Shown piece by piece: positions 12,984-27,558 of a stretch of 64,000 nucleotides of DNA. The notes beneath the pieces were generated by a model that did no database searches, was not told the DNA's origin, and worked only from the letters and a program-made list of their open reading frames with translations. The stretch covers positions 8,075,885 through 8,139,884 of the forward strand of contig OZ199839.1 in NCBI GenBank assembly GCA_964304625.1. The letters are read 5' to 3'. The translations under genes and the position numbers were made by a program. Origin of the DNA: Kudoa neothunni. Lineage: Eukaryota; Animalia; Cnidaria. How positions within the stretch are numbered: the first letter of the stretch is position 1; each line of letters starts with the position of its first letter.

Positions 12984-15887
12984 CTAGTTTTTATTTTTCC
13001 AGTATCCGAAATAGAATCCAACGCCAACAACAATGATGAGCGCAGGAACTACTACAGCAATAATTCTAAAATAATTGATTAACAAAATATCTCCATTAAG
13101 AAGTACATTGTATTTTTCGACCTAAAATAAATTAATAAATAAGAATTCAAAATTTTTATTTTACATGGATTTATTTGATTCATCATCTAATCAAAAATGA
13201 GAAATAGCGACCAACAACATTTTTTTCAACTACCTTTCTGGATTTCGACAAAACCAGTGATATTGTTATCCGTACTATGATACAACATTTAAACGGTAAT
13301 TGTTGGTGTTATCCACATTTGAATTGTAAATTCCTTGCATGATGGAAAAACAGAGCAAACCTTGTTCACCAGTTGTCATGCATTCTTGGACGATTGGTTT
13401 GGATGGATCATCCCAATTTTTCAATTCCCATTTGCATAACGACTGTTCATCAACGCCTGTAGGAAGAGAAGTTTTAACTTTTATGTTTTCGCCTTCTCTT
13501 GCAAACACCACAGTTAATTTGATTGGATTATTAGTGGCGGTAGGTTGTGGATCTAAATTAAAATTTAGTATAATAAGAATTAATTTACATATTTTAATGA
13601 TTTAAAAATTTAATTAATTTAGAATTAGATTTTTTATTACTTATGGATATATTGATGGTAGTTTCTGCAGATCTGCCGACAGCAGTAACCAAAACTACAT
13701 ATTCCTTGTCTGCTTCGTATCCTTCTTTGAATATAATATCAGTGCACAATGGAGGTTGTGTGCATGGAGTTATTTCGGTTTTTTTATTTGAAGATGGCAG
13801 ACCTTGAGGTTGTTGTCTATTAGTTGATCTAGATAATCGCTATTTTAGAAGTTTTTGGTGCATTGGAGGATGGGCCAGTGTTAGTTGTTGATGACGGTGG
13901 TGGGCATTGATAGACCCAATTCGGATTCTTGTCCTTTCTTTACTTTTACTTTATATTGACAAACAGCTGTAGGATATGGTGTTGAAAGTACACCTGCCAC
14001 CTTGAGCCTTTTTCTATAAATTCTGATTGTAGTGTGAGCGTTGACAAAGCTTGAAACATAATTAGTTATATAATTCGAGATCAATTTATTTATATACTTG
14101 TTATAATTCGGTGTATCTTATCCCCATATTCCTCATGAGCAATTACCTTTAGGTCATATTCAGTTCTAGGCATTAACCCAATAATTTTTTGAGAATCCTT
14201 ACAAAAAACCCCTGCAAGGATAACTATCTTCGCATACGGCACACACATATACATCCTTTCCATGAGGGCTTATATAGTAAGCACAGGTCTTGTCTTGTGC
14301 GTTAAGTGGTCCAGTATCTGTTATTGCCTTAATTGATGCATTCGTATCCTTCACAATTGGTTTTGTTTCCGAAAAGGTAGAAGTGCCCTTTTTCTCTATT
14401 TATTCATCAAGAAATTTTTTTTCTATTGTGTTACCTGTACGAAAGAATATGTGTTCTTTAAAAACCTTGAAGAGGACTAGCGTCATTGTCTGCGGCAATT
14501 TCAAGAATATATGGTTTCCCATTATCAAGCCCTGTAATCTCCAGAGAAGCAGTACACACGTTGTCACAGTTTGTTTTACCAGTTCCACATTTGCCCTCCA
14601 GGAGTAGTAGATCTAGGTTTGTCTGCCTCAAAATAAGTTACAGTACAAGTAGAAAATTTAGGCTCATTTGTTGGTTGAAACAACTGAACATTTAATCTAA
14701 CACCAGTAGGTGAGTATGTTGACAATAATGGAGTGGCAATAGTTTCTGTGACAACTATGAGAAGGTTATATTTGAATAAATATCCATTAAATACCAAATT
14801 TTTTCTGAATATATCCTTCATACGTGTCTTCACTTTTGGCCAAAGATACATGTCTAGTTTGAATCAATACTTCAACAACGGACTTGGAATCGTCGAAAAT
14901 GAGCTCAACATTATTACAAGGTGCATGACATTTACTTGCTGAACCACACTTTGACTTGTATTCAACACTGTTATCGGCTGTTGACTTATCTCTTATACTG
15001 AAAAGACACATTTCGAAGGAAATTTGTTTGTAAACTTTAACATATACTTCGTTGTATCACTCGAAATAGAGGTCACGTAATATTGTGGTTGATAAATATC
15101 AATGTTTTAATAGAGTATATTTATTTTGCAGTTTGTAAAAGAAGCTAGGATAATTGTCGCATTTCATTTCATAGTGTGGAATCAATCAAATTAAAATCCA
15201 TTTCACTTACAATATTTTCTGTGCAAGCATTTTTAGCTTCTCCTTCCGCATATTTCACGCCCTTGTAAAATATGGGGCATTTCACCGGATTACATGTTTT
15301 TGTACTAAATTTCAGTTTTTTCACATTTTTCTCGATTGTAACCTGTGGGTTAAACCAATAATGCTAAATGAAATTTACTAAAAATATTCGATGCTTTAAT
15401 TACGCCATTCTAATCCAAACATCCAGCCCCCATCTTTATTTTTATTTGCAGCAGTCGCTGCTGAACTATCCGTAAAGACGGCAACATACTTTGTCCTCGG
15501 AGGAAACTTGTCAAAACCAAGATTATGTTCATTTCCTGAGCATGCCCAAACACATTTGCTATTATTTGCATCGTCAACGCGACCAGAGCAATCGTTAATT
15601 TCAACAAGATCCGTGTCTACATCATTAGATTTTTTGATGTGGCAACTTTTCTCCGTAGAATAGTCGCTCCCAGTTAAAATTAAACTTAACTTTAATTGAT
15701 TGCCCTCTTCCACAAGTTTGTAAATTAAAGGGGTTGCAGTAGAGACTGGGTTTGGAGCACCTCCTGGACAGTTTGCGTGTATATAAGTGAAAAGTAGGCT
15801 ATACGTTATTAGTAGCATTCTGTTGTAGTATGTGTATTTACGCAACAGAAAATTACAAATTCCTAAAAGGTAGATAAAGTCTTTCAT
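12984..15887 (-). pseudogene. A2: family A paralogue, frameshifted as given
   Basis: MKDFIYLLGICNFLL signal exon, same exon layout as A3, and TM exon ending GFYFGYWKNKN*. Multiple 1-nt indels split the ORFs. Confidence 0.8.
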
Positions 15888-16439
15888 TATATTTTGGAAA
15901 AGAAATAAACGATAGTTTTCGTTCAATATAAAAATCAAAAATTTGATAGATTATAATTAATATATATACACAGAATGAATGTCGCCTTAAAACCCAATGA
16001 AACATCGATATAAATATTCGGAAATATTAATCCATCTTAATAAATATTCTGAGGGATAGTAATTTATAACCCCTAAAATTAAATTAAAGAATACGATTAA
16101 AATTCGACACATTCTAACCAATATGAAGGAAGTTTAGACTAAATATTATTTCACATCGTAATGCTGATTTAAATATTTATAATAAAAAAGACAAGGGGAT
16201 ATAGGGCTTCCTTGACATTGATAATTTTATAAAATCTTGTGATATTAGGTAAGATTTTAAATATAATTAGATTGTTTTCGTATAAATAAAAATATTTGTT
16301 ATCATTTCTAGAATATAGATTCCATTAAATTATAGATTAACTCAAATGTTAAATGCAACGAAATTTATTTTCTCAAGCAAGAAATAATTTTACTTCTCTT
16401 CAAACGTTACTGATAAACCAATCAAAAACTATACATTAA

Positions 16440-19067
16440 CTCTTTCATGCCAAATGTCCACCCTGGTACCCCACAAATTATACATACCATAAACATGCAT
16501 TTAAATTTATTTAGATGATTTATTGAATTATTACATTTTTTTAAAAGTTAAATGTTTGTTTTCAGTAATGGCCAATTAGGTAAACTAAGAGATCTAGCAT
16601 TTATAATAAGTTAAATAGTAATCCTTACATAAAATCAACAAGGAATACAAAAAATTCAAATTTATACTCATGAGTCGGCTTTTTCTTATCAAGAAAAATT
16701 AAAATTACGAACATTAAAACGTGGTTCAATGCGCTATATTTCATAAGATATTTAGCAACCTATCAAAAGATAATGACCTAATCAACACTTGGGTACTAGG
16801 AAGGACATTTGGCATTCGTGGATCTCCGGCTTTCGAACACATGTATCACAATTTGGTTTTTAAATGTTCAAAAGAGGGAATCATAAAAACTGAAATTGTG
16901 ATATTTCCTGATCCAGAGGAATATGTTGAAGTCTTTGGAACACAGAATCTCGAACGAAGGGTTCTTGAAGCTTACACTGACAATAATCAAGATTCAGACT
17001 GTTCTGATGAGGAAGTTGTACCAATCTTTAACTGTTTAATAAGTGAAACCCTTGGAAATATGCCAAATATTCCGGAGACGGAAGATATTGTTTTTAGTGA
17101 AGTTACCGATCTCGTTTTACCGATAGATTATATCAACTTCTTTTTCAATGAAGACCTAATTCTGTTAATTATTGAAAAAATGAATTTATATTCAGTTCAG
17201 CAAAATTATAATTTTCAAGTTAGTAAAGAAGATATAAAACGTTTATAGGAACGTTGATTATCTTGGGAATTGTCAAAATGCGGAGATGTCGTTGCTATTG
17301 GTCTAAAATTCTGAATTATCCACCTGTTTCTGAGTTTATGTCGAGAACCCGCTTTGAAAATATTTCAAAATATTTACACTTCACTGATAATATGAAAATT
17401 ATCACAAATCCGAATTCTTCAGAATATGATAAATTTGCAAAGATTCGACCGGTTTTAGATTCTATTAGAGCAAATTGTTTGAAAGTTGAATGTTGAAGAA
17501 AGAATTCAATTGACAAGAAAATTATTCCATTCAAAGGTAGGTGTAAATTGAAACAATATGCTCAAAAGAAACCGACGAAATGGGGATTCAAAATGTCCGC
17601 GAGATGTGGAGTTAATAGGCTAATGCATGATTTTTATTTGTACGATGGGGAAAAACCTGATGTGGTTAAAAGTTGTGGTCTAGTATCCGGTGACTTTGTT
17701 AGAAAGTTGTGTGAAAGTTTACCCTTGTCCAAAATTTATTTTGTCTACTTCGACAACTGGTTTATATCCATTCCCCTTCAAATTTTATTAAAACAAAGGA
17801 GCATTTACTCGGTGGGAACCATTTGCAAGAATAAATTAAAGGGATGTCTATTACAGAATGAGACTGATTTAAAAATCCGGGGTCGAGGAGCATTTGAGAG
17901 TGTGCACAACGCTAATGATAATATTTCCATAACACGTTGGTTTGATGGATCTGTTGTAACTCTCTCATCTATTCATTCTTTGATCCAACCGAATAAAATT
18001 GCGAAAAGATTTGACCGCCCAAAAAATCATGAATGACATTCCGTGTCCTGCAGTTGTAGACGAATATAACCAAAATATGGGAGGAGTGGACCCTTCAGAT
18101 ATGTTGATGTCGCTCTACGTAACGAAACATAAATGTAAAAAATATTACATGCGAATTTTCTTCTGGGCTCTCAATACATGTATTATAAATGCGTGATTAT
18201 TACACAAACGAAATTGTAAGATTCAAAAAATTCCTAAGAGAGATAGAGTAGACTTGATGAATTTTTCGTTAATAATAGGCGAAAGTCTTCGTTACTACCA
18301 AATAGCAAGTGCTCCGAAAAAACATGATAGAGTGTCTCTTAATAATTCTTTAGAAAAAATTGATGATAAATATGGAAGATCTAAAATAAGAAAACATCCT
18401 CTCAGTAATCATATTCGAATGGATAACGTAGGGCATTTTCCTGAAATAGTGTGAGTTAAATTCAGATGTAGAATATGCTGTTATATCCTTCGAGATTAAG
18501 CAATAAACATAATTAATTTACCGCTCACTTTGAGGGATTATATAATATATTCTCCTAGTTATCGTATTTTGAGTTTACTCGTGCCTCTTTCTTAGCGTAA
18601 ATTTGCAATTATTTACATATGCCAACGAAAAACTCAATTTAAATGCACTAAATGCTATTCTTTTTGTTGTATTGTGAAAGATAGAAACTGTTTTTTAAAT
18701 TATCATAGTTCAAATATCTAAAGAATTTTCAAATTTATTTTGTTTGTTTTTGTGCGCAGTTTAATGCGCGAAATCGTTGTTTACCACCAATGCCAAATGT
18801 CCACCTCGGTATCCGCGCTAAAAACAGCTGAAATTATACTTTTAATCAATTTATATCTCAATAAAATCATTAAATATAGGATATTGAGTGCTGTAACAAT
18901 ACTACGCGTACATTAAACAGGGAGCGGCGGCTCTGTTGAACCACTAATAACCTATATAGTATTGAGTCATATTGGTGCATTTATTCATTGAGTATCTATT
19001 CGTTATAAGTGCCTGTAATATATTAAAAAAATCGTGAAATGAAATACAAAATTTGGGTACGAAAGGG
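16440..19067 (+). mobile_element. piggyBac transposon, decayed transposase about 16900-18720
   Basis: TTAA on both sides and TIRs CTCTTTCATGCCAAAT / ATTTGGGTACGAAAGGG. Motifs KQYAQKKPTKWGFK, YFDNWF and YNQNMGGVD. An empty site exists in the paralogous flank at about 61724. Confidence 0.92.
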
Positions 19068-19349
19068 TTAAAATATTCATAAACAGGGCCGAGAAAATTT
19101 TGGCTAATATCGCTTTACCAAAGTTTTCGGAGAATCCGATAAAACATTTTAAAGCTGAATATCTGATTAAACCCTGAGGGTTAACAATTTTTTCGACGGA
19201 GATTCATGATGAATTTAAACTATATTTAATTGCTGGTGTTGATATAATAATTAGCACTGCCAACCCAAATCGGACATTCGGCAAAAATTTTTCCGGACAA
19301 AATCTGACCAATCAGAATTTTTTATGAAAATAGAATTAATATTTAATTA

Positions 19350-22300
19350 CAGTCGGGTCTCGGTATTGCGTAATATTTTGGGACCGGGAAAAAATTCCGC
19401 AATATCGAACCACCTGCGCACGCACAGCAACGTTAATTTAACATTTCTTACAAAATAAATCATCTACTTGATATTTTTTATTTATTTATTGATAATTTCG
19501 CATGAGGCATACTTAAATTGATATACAGAAAATAATTTAATAGGATTCTCAATGACTCGTTTTTTCGCGGATTTATAAGATTTTATACTTGAAACGTTGT
19601 AACGATTTCATCATTGTCTATGAGATCAGGATCTTCACTCCAAAAAGTAAATTTACCTTGATCATCTTAATTTAAATGTAAAATTTCGTTTCTTCCAAAA
19701 AATAATATCATAATATATTATTATCTACACATATGAATATTGAAATTTTACTATCAATTACTGCATAATGTTATTTCATCATCACATTACTTTAAAATTT
19801 TGTCTTGCTAGTTTTTAAATAAAAAAGAAGAATAATCAATTATTTTGGTTGGAAAATAGGTGGCTTATTAGTTCAATTATTAATTTTTTAACACTATCCA
19901 TTCCCGAACCAATTTAAACGCATTTAAATATTCAAATAAGGCATATTTAAATATTTTTGGATCTTTCTCTCCGAATAGAACATTTATGCACATTATTTTT
20001 CTCTAATTGGGTGTTAAGCGATGAATTATTCCCAGATCAATTTGCCGCACCACACAAACATTGTTTTTGATAGAAATAGGAGCTGGTTGCTTTCGAAATA
20101 ATCGATAGATTAAGGACGATATGAGAAATGTTCTAATAAAGTTAAAACCTTTCTGTTTTCTTTAATGAATCTCTGGTTCATATATTTGAGGATATGATAA
20201 AATATAGATGAAGATAATAACGCATTCATTTGCGAATGACATTAAACTGAGAGCTCATTATTTCCCCTGAAACAGCGATTATTGTTAAAATTTTCTTATC
20301 ACGTGTAATTGCAATTTTTCTTCGGTCATTGTAGCAGTGATAAACATCGTAGCACGCTTTTGAATTGTTTTACACCCACACATTGTGCTAATTTTTAATA
20401 GTGGACGTACGCTGTATCATCTGTTCATAAAAGTGAACCCCTCTCATCCAAATTTAATATGTATTCCAGATTGTACCTTGACAAAATCTCGGTAAAATCT
20501 CCCATCTATTGATAAATATATTTAACCCTTTAAAGACGCAAAAAAAACTATCCTCATATAACATTAGGGTCAATATGACTCCAGATATTTATTTGGTAAA
20601 TTTTTGAAATTTATCTACCAGCAGATTTTCAAATAAAACGATAATAAATAATCAATTGATCCGCTTTTAGGACAGAAAATTACACATATATAATTTTTAT
20701 AGGAAAAATAAACTCTATAATTATATTCAAAAGAGAATCTAGGTAATAATTAATTCAAACAATTGCAACATTTGTTGGATGAGTGTACTCGGCAGTATGG
20801 TCTATTACAATTCGAACAACGAAGGAACGTTTTCTTATCATTTCCACTAGAACAATAACTACATCATGTTCTTTGGTTTTTTATTTGGGGAATATTTGTA
20901 ATTGGTTCGGGGAAAGGTGATTTTCTTTTAACAACTTTGCTATTATTCAAATTTAGATTGATAAGTGGTTGGTAAAGAGTTTCAGCGATTTCTTTTAGAA
21001 AGGTTCGACGGATTTTATTTTGGCTATTAAAAATATTCTTACTTAATGCCAAAGAATTAATCAAGAATAAGTCGAGAATATTGAAAAAAATTATCATTGG
21101 CCATCTGCGAAGAGAAACTGAGGCAAGCATTCGACCAATGGTGTCGACCTCATCCTTCGCTTTATTGTAGCATATGATCACTTCAAGCTTTTTTTTGTGT
21201 GAGGTATCGAGGATGTTAACATTGGAGGTTCCAGTTGAGATTAAAATGACAGCTTTATTTTTTTATTGACATACGACGTTAGCGTATTTTTCTCAAAAAA
21301 GGCAAAAGTTGCACTATATAATTCCCTTTTTTCGAAGCAAGCACGCAAGTTGGAAGTTCCCTTTTGTTGTGCCGAATAATACCCAAGTATGTCAATTTTG
21401 TTTGTAGCAGCTTTGATGCAAGTGGAAAAAAAGAAAAAAAATTATCAGCCACGATATTTCTTCCTGAATGATGTATTGGTTCAGAGAATGATAGGACGAT
21501 ACCTTCAGCAACATTTAGATTTTGTTCGATATTTTCATTTTTACCCAGGTATGGGGAGATATTTAAAACATACTTTTCGATTGGATTGACAAGTAAAAAA
21601 AATTTTAAGCCATATCTTGCTGATTTCAAAGGCATATATTGCTTAAGGGGACATCTTCCCTTGAATGCAACAAACTGCTCGTCAATTGTGACGTCTTGGT
21701 TTAGGTAGAAACATTTTGGTAGTTTTCTTGTCCATATTTCCCATACTTCACGTATTGGGAAAAATTTATCTGTGATTCTTCTCTCTAGACTAGTTTTTAC
21801 GTCATCAAAATAAACAGATCGTGAATTTGGTAAAATCTTGTCCTTGAAAAAATTGTTCGATAGATTTCTCTACCCTCAGACACACCGAACAATCCTGCCA
21901 TGGGCTCCTCCCGATCTTTATGAACAGAAATAAGGATAAGTACGCCTAAATATCCAATAAACTCCGTGGAGTCAATGTCAGTCCAATTTTCTTTAAAATG
22001 ACTATGCCCAAAAATATTTGTACATTCAATAATTCTTTGACGTATACTTGTAGTGAACATTATGGAAAGACAGTCCAAAATATCACGAACTCTCCGTAAA
22101 CAATAAAATGTCGGACCAGGATGAGAGCTCATGTTTTCAGCTGATGCTTTAGAAACAACAGGTTTGGTTAAGCTCCAGGTGATTCCACTTATATTAGTTG
22201 TAAAGCTATCGGTTTCAACAATTTCCGAAAGTTCATCTGACGATTTTAGAAATTTCAGACAAAACGTCTTCAAACTCGCTTCCTGACGATTCGTATCGCC

Positions 22301-23545
22301 AGTTGACATCTCAACACCACTCATCGTCCCGCGATAAAATTGCGCACAATATTGAGGTTGTTAATATATTACTATAATATAATGTTGAATAAAACAGGAT
22401 CATGGCTTTGTCAAATAATTTAGTATAGTTAAAATGTAATATGAAAAATATTTTCGTATTAACTCTTAAAACAAACACAACACTATTTTGTTAATCCAAC
22501 GGTAATGAGCGAAATGAAGATGAAGTAAACCGATGAAGATTAAATGGGATTAATTAACGTATTTAATATCGTTTTACTCGAAATTCAACCATTAGAATTT
22601 TTTTAATACTTTATCATTGTGATTATAAAAATTTATTACCCTAATTTATCAAATAAAAATCTGGGGTCATATTGACCCCAACATAATTTGAGGACAGTTT
22701 TTTATTAAATTTTCCAGTCATTATTTTTTATCATTTTTCGTTGAAATTACTACTACAAAAATATAGGAGAATAGATGGAATCTTGTGATGTAATGAAGAA
22801 TCCTAACCAAGTTACTGGAGAATTAATCAGGCTTTGGGGTCATATTAACCCCAATGTCTTTAGAGGCGTAAAATCAGCGCTTTCCTTCTCCGTGCAATTT
22901 GAGTTATTCAGACCGTAACGCCTCATGCAATTATTAAACTAACCCTCGCTTCCGTTAAAATCTTTTATTCAATTATCTTTGACAATAATAAAAGATTATT
23001 TGATCATTAAAATGTTAGATAGTAGCTTTTTCTCGCATTGAAACCATCCAATTGTAAAAATAATTTTAATATCTTTATATTTTCCGGGTTTGAATATTTT
23101 GAAATGTTTGAATCTATGGTTTCGTCTTGTTTAGAAAAACTTCTAAAAAGATTTAAATAATCTATTTTAAATTATCGAACAATACTGAAGTAAATATAAT
23201 TTGGTTAACCGAAACGCTTTATAGTAATATCATTGGCGCCACGTATAAACTTATAAAATTTTAGAATTCGATCATTTTTATTATATTCTCTTTAGTTATT
23301 TGAGAACTTACAATGCTTGTTTTAGCGCATCCATCAGACTAAAGGGATTTAAATTAAAAAAAATGAGGTACGCAATAGCGAGACACAAGGTTTTTCCTAA
23401 TTTGTTTGATATCCGCTTGTTCATAGTTTTGTTTTTTTATATAGTTACCCATTTAAGCATACTTAATATGATTATTATGTTTTGTTTAGTGAATTAAAAC
23501 GCATAATGCCAATAAAGCTAAGTTACGCATTATCGGGCACAACTA
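19350..23545 (-). mobile_element. pogo/Tc1-like element, decayed, host of a piggyBac
   Basis: TA-flanked termini CAGTCGGGTCTCGGTATTGCGTAA and TTACGCATTATCGGGCACAACTA. The same end recurs at 30223, 40575 and (diverged) 63910. Confidence 0.65.
20526..22867 (-). mobile_element. piggyBac transposon, decayed
   Basis: TTAA-CCCTTTAAAGAC and a degenerate GTCTTTAGAGGC end, with GGGGTCATATTGACCCC subterminal palindromes. ORFs contain MPLKSARYGLKF, RNIVADNFF, RRWPM and a Cys-rich C-terminus. Confidence 0.9.
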
Positions 23546-24036
23546 TAATTGTATTTATTCCATCCCTATTGTTAATTGAGATATCAAAGTTTTTACTTTT
23601 AGTTAAATTAGTAAATATTTATGAATAAGAAGCATTAAATCTCGAAAATGGACATTGACACGGATCATAATATCCTGGTGGGCATAGTTTTTACTGCATT
23701 AAATGCAGCAGAGTCCAAAAAATAAACTTTATAGGTCAACTGTAGATAGGAGTTGCCATATTGGATTAAAAACTTTCGTGTCAATACCTAATGCCTTACA
23801 TTATGTATATCCACTAAAATAATAGATTAAAAAACCTGAGGTTGAGTTAATGTTGCAATGATTTAAGAACAAAGTTGAAATATTTTGTGATAAAAAAGGT
23901 CTTGTCATTTTTAATAAACATTTTTTGGTCTTGACCACTCGTATTCAATTAACTCAATTCAGCTTTCTAATTAATATTATTAATTTCGTTAATCCTTATT
24001 GAATTTATTATTCATCATCGACGATAGTACAAAATT

Positions 24037-26045
24037 ATGAAATTAGTTTTTTTGTGCTTTACTCTACTTTATACAGGTAACCTAATTCAATATTGGTTTA
24101 TACATAATTTCGGGCGTAGTCCAACTTCATAGGTATTATATCGTGAGAAATAATGAGCTTCACAAGAATACCATTCATCTGAACTTAGAAGGAAATCCAA
24201 CTCATCTTTGTCGCATCAAATTATTCACCAAAGATGAGACTTCTTATTTTTATCGAGATGTTAATTGTGGGGGTCGAAATATTTGTGAAGTTCCCTGCAG
24301 TGGAGAGTACACTATTCACACCGACCACATAGCTCCTCATCATTTTCTTCAAATAGCCTCAAAGGCTAAAACAGACTACCTCAAAGTTGTTCACAGTATA
24401 TTCATGGTGAGTCATATTTTTAAGTGATACTGTTCTCTAGCCACTTCATCTGCTCCTTTCTCCTCATACCACTTTGATGATTCAAGTGTGATCTTTATCA
24501 CCAAGCATCTGTGCGAAGAGTCGCCTTTCGTTTGTCAGATTAGATCTGGACAGTTTACCGTTAAGAGTTACACTATTGATTCACAGCCTCGATGTGGTGA
24601 TGAATACTTGCTGAGCAGTTATTACAATATTTACAATAAACCGCTTGAACTATACTGCGGACCTCACAATCCAAAACTTTTCTTTGATAAAAATATGTTA
24701 CTAAATAACAAAGCAAACCTACTGAAAAGATTTCCTGTGAGAATCAAAAATAATACTGCCGCAAACAAAATGAACATCATATTCGATGAACCCATTCCCG
24801 ACACAATTTGTAAATTCGAAATCGCTAAAAAGACTGGTACTTTAGAATCTAAATGCGAAGTCACTAATGATGGTGCCTGTTACCAAATGTGCCAAAATGT
24901 TACAATGGAGACAAATTATATTACTACCGATAAAAATTTTAATGTTAAAATAACCACCAGGGATGGAATAACCGAATCATTGTTGATGTCAAGTAATTTA
25001 GTAATATTTAAACCTCTTTTATATTTTTATTAGACGAAAAAAATGATATTGAAATAAAGGATATAGGCAAGTATAAAGCTACTTTAGGGGTCGCCGCACT
25101 TCATGAGAATAGTGCTCAATGCAAGGTTGAACTATATTTACAAGCTAACTACGTAAAAATAGACTCAAAATCTGTAGGATTACAAGGGTATACAAATTTT
25201 GTAACATGTAATGCTGATATAACTATATTAAATCTTATGGCTGATACAAAATATGTTGTCAGCGTACAATATAAATCTTCTAGTAGTGAGGCTGCAGTGC
25301 ACATTAATAAAATTTTTAAAACAGGTAAATGAATTTATTTTATAGCAATTAACAATATTTATAAAAGCTAAAATTGGTGACGTTACCGCTGAAATCACAA
25401 CATACCCTCGAAATGTTGTTATTATTCCACAACAAATAGAACATGAAAATTATCAAGCAGAGTGCGTAATAATGCAAGCATTAAATGGCAACCAGGATTT
25501 TGTTCGATCAGTGTGTGAAGAATCACACAACTGCTTGGGGTTGTGCACCTCAACATTTACCATCACCAGGTTGAAACCGGATACCGAATATAAATTTAAA
25601 GCTGTTCCATTGAGTTTCTATGTGGAGACCGACGCTCTAACGAAAAGCGTTCGAACAGGTATTCATTGTTTGTAAATTTAAAATTGACAAACTTTTAGAG
25701 TCTTTATTCAAGAAGGTGGAGCTTGAATATAAATGGACGGAAAATGATTTGGAGATAACAGTAAAGGTGCAAGGTAGGAATGATGGAATTTGCGACTTTA
25801 CCTTTGTGGAAAAAACTGAAGGAAAGGAAACAAAACTACTTGCTGTACACGACCAAACAAACGGCTGGAATGAACCATGCAACTCCAAAATCACCTTTTT
25901 TGATGTTCCTGAGTACAAATCAGCCACAGTGATAGTCCAACGCAGATATGACGGTGAGCCAGTTGAGTTGGAACTCTTTATCACAGACCCAGAAGCTGTG
26001 ACTGCATCGACAACTGAAACAACTGCTACTCCTACAAGCACCTAA
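24037..26045 (+). CDS. B1: secreted Cys-rich FN3-like six-module protein with Thr-rich tail, about 598 aa
   Basis: Five phase-1 GT-AG introns (24077-24119, 24396-24440, 24993-25033, 25325-25367, 25659-25698) give an open 1797-nt CDS. Hydrophobic N-terminus, FN3-like motifs LMADTKY and LKPDTEY, and C-terminus TTETTATPTST*. Confidence 0.88.
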
Positions 26046-26398
26046 AAATACTTATTATAAACTCTTTAATTTTAGGTTACCTTATTTTTTAGTTATCGAT
26101 GAGATAATTAATACATTTTTTGAATTTATCTTTCTTATTTATAGTATTGTCTCTTTTTTTCAATGTAATATTATTTTTTACACTAATTAAAAAAATATTA
26201 AATTAATTTTTGTCTGAATAATAATGGAAAATATTATTTTTCTGCAGTATAAATTGATTTTTTATAATACAGAAATTAATATTATTCTATTAAAGCTATG
26301 GCAATATCAACATCTTTTAAAGAACTAATTTTGGCATAAAATATAATAATGATCTTTATTGGTAGTTCTAGATTTTTCAAAGGTTTAATAAGTATATA

Positions 26399-27558
26399 CA
26401 GTAGCGCAGGGTTATTACGTAGCAAGATTATTGGTTATTGCGCACTTTTAGAAATAGTGTGAAAAATTCAAAATATACGAATTATCTATAGATATAAATC
26501 GTGAGATAAGAGTAAAATACGTCGATTAATTTAATTAGAGAATTAAGAAACAATATTTCCGTTGGGAAAAACAGGAGTGCACACTTATTGCAAACTTCAT
26601 GATTATTACGCACCTGAGATTTATTGTTTGATTACATCGGCATGGTTAGTACGCAGTGGGAAAATAGGGAAAATTATTGCTTACTTGAAGAAAACATGTA
26701 GATTATTAAATAATTTGAAAAATTAGGGACCAAGAGTGGAAATAAAGTGAACATCATTAGGCGCTCCGGCCTTAAATCAATCACCCCATTGAATACAATT
26801 GTATCAATAAAATCAAAAATATTTTCAGACTTAATTTAAAGTGATTTAAGATTTTATCCCAAAACTCTTAAAAAAAATTCAAACTACTCGATATAAGAAT
26901 AAATGAATGGATCTAACTTTCGAGAACAAGAAATATAAAACTGTCCAGAGAGCACAATATAATTGGAAAATAAATTAGTCAATGGCATAAAGGACGACAC
27001 GAAAGACAGCACTCCTATAACTGCCGGTCGAGGACAGTTCCATGAGTTTCCTTCGAAAACAGTCTAAAAATGAACAGATTAAATATAAATCTAAAAGAAG
27101 GAAAGAAATTTTTCGTTTTGCAAAATATAATAAACTTTGTTTAAAACAAGAGAAATAACGAATTTCATGTTGAGAAAATAATTCTGTCTTAAACTACCTT
27201 ATTTATTTTCAAGATACTCTGAACAATAAAAAAATTATTACGAAAATTTTTCACATCTCTCTATTCAAGTTATTATTAATGCAACGAAAGTGTGGTGCCC
27301 CTTATATAATATAATAACTTCTATAGTATGATCGACCATCGTCGCGGGACAGGTATTATTAGTTTGCGAATTGTGGTTTTATCGCCTGCCACCGCTGCAT
27401 TAGAGAGGGAATAAATAAAAAACGCAGGAAAAGTGGTCGCGCCCCGCCAAATTTTCCCGTATATGCACAGGCGCTAAAGCATGGATATTAAATAGTGCAG
27501 GGATATTACGCACTCGAATTTTTGTCCCAAAAAAGTGCGTAATATCCCTGCATAACTG
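26399..27558. mobile_element. non-autonomous pogo/Tigger-like element
   Basis: TIRs CAGTAGCGCAGGG / CCCTGCATAACTG with TA flanks. Absent from the duplicated spacer at about 48820. Same TIR family as 38071-40067. Confidence 0.85.
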
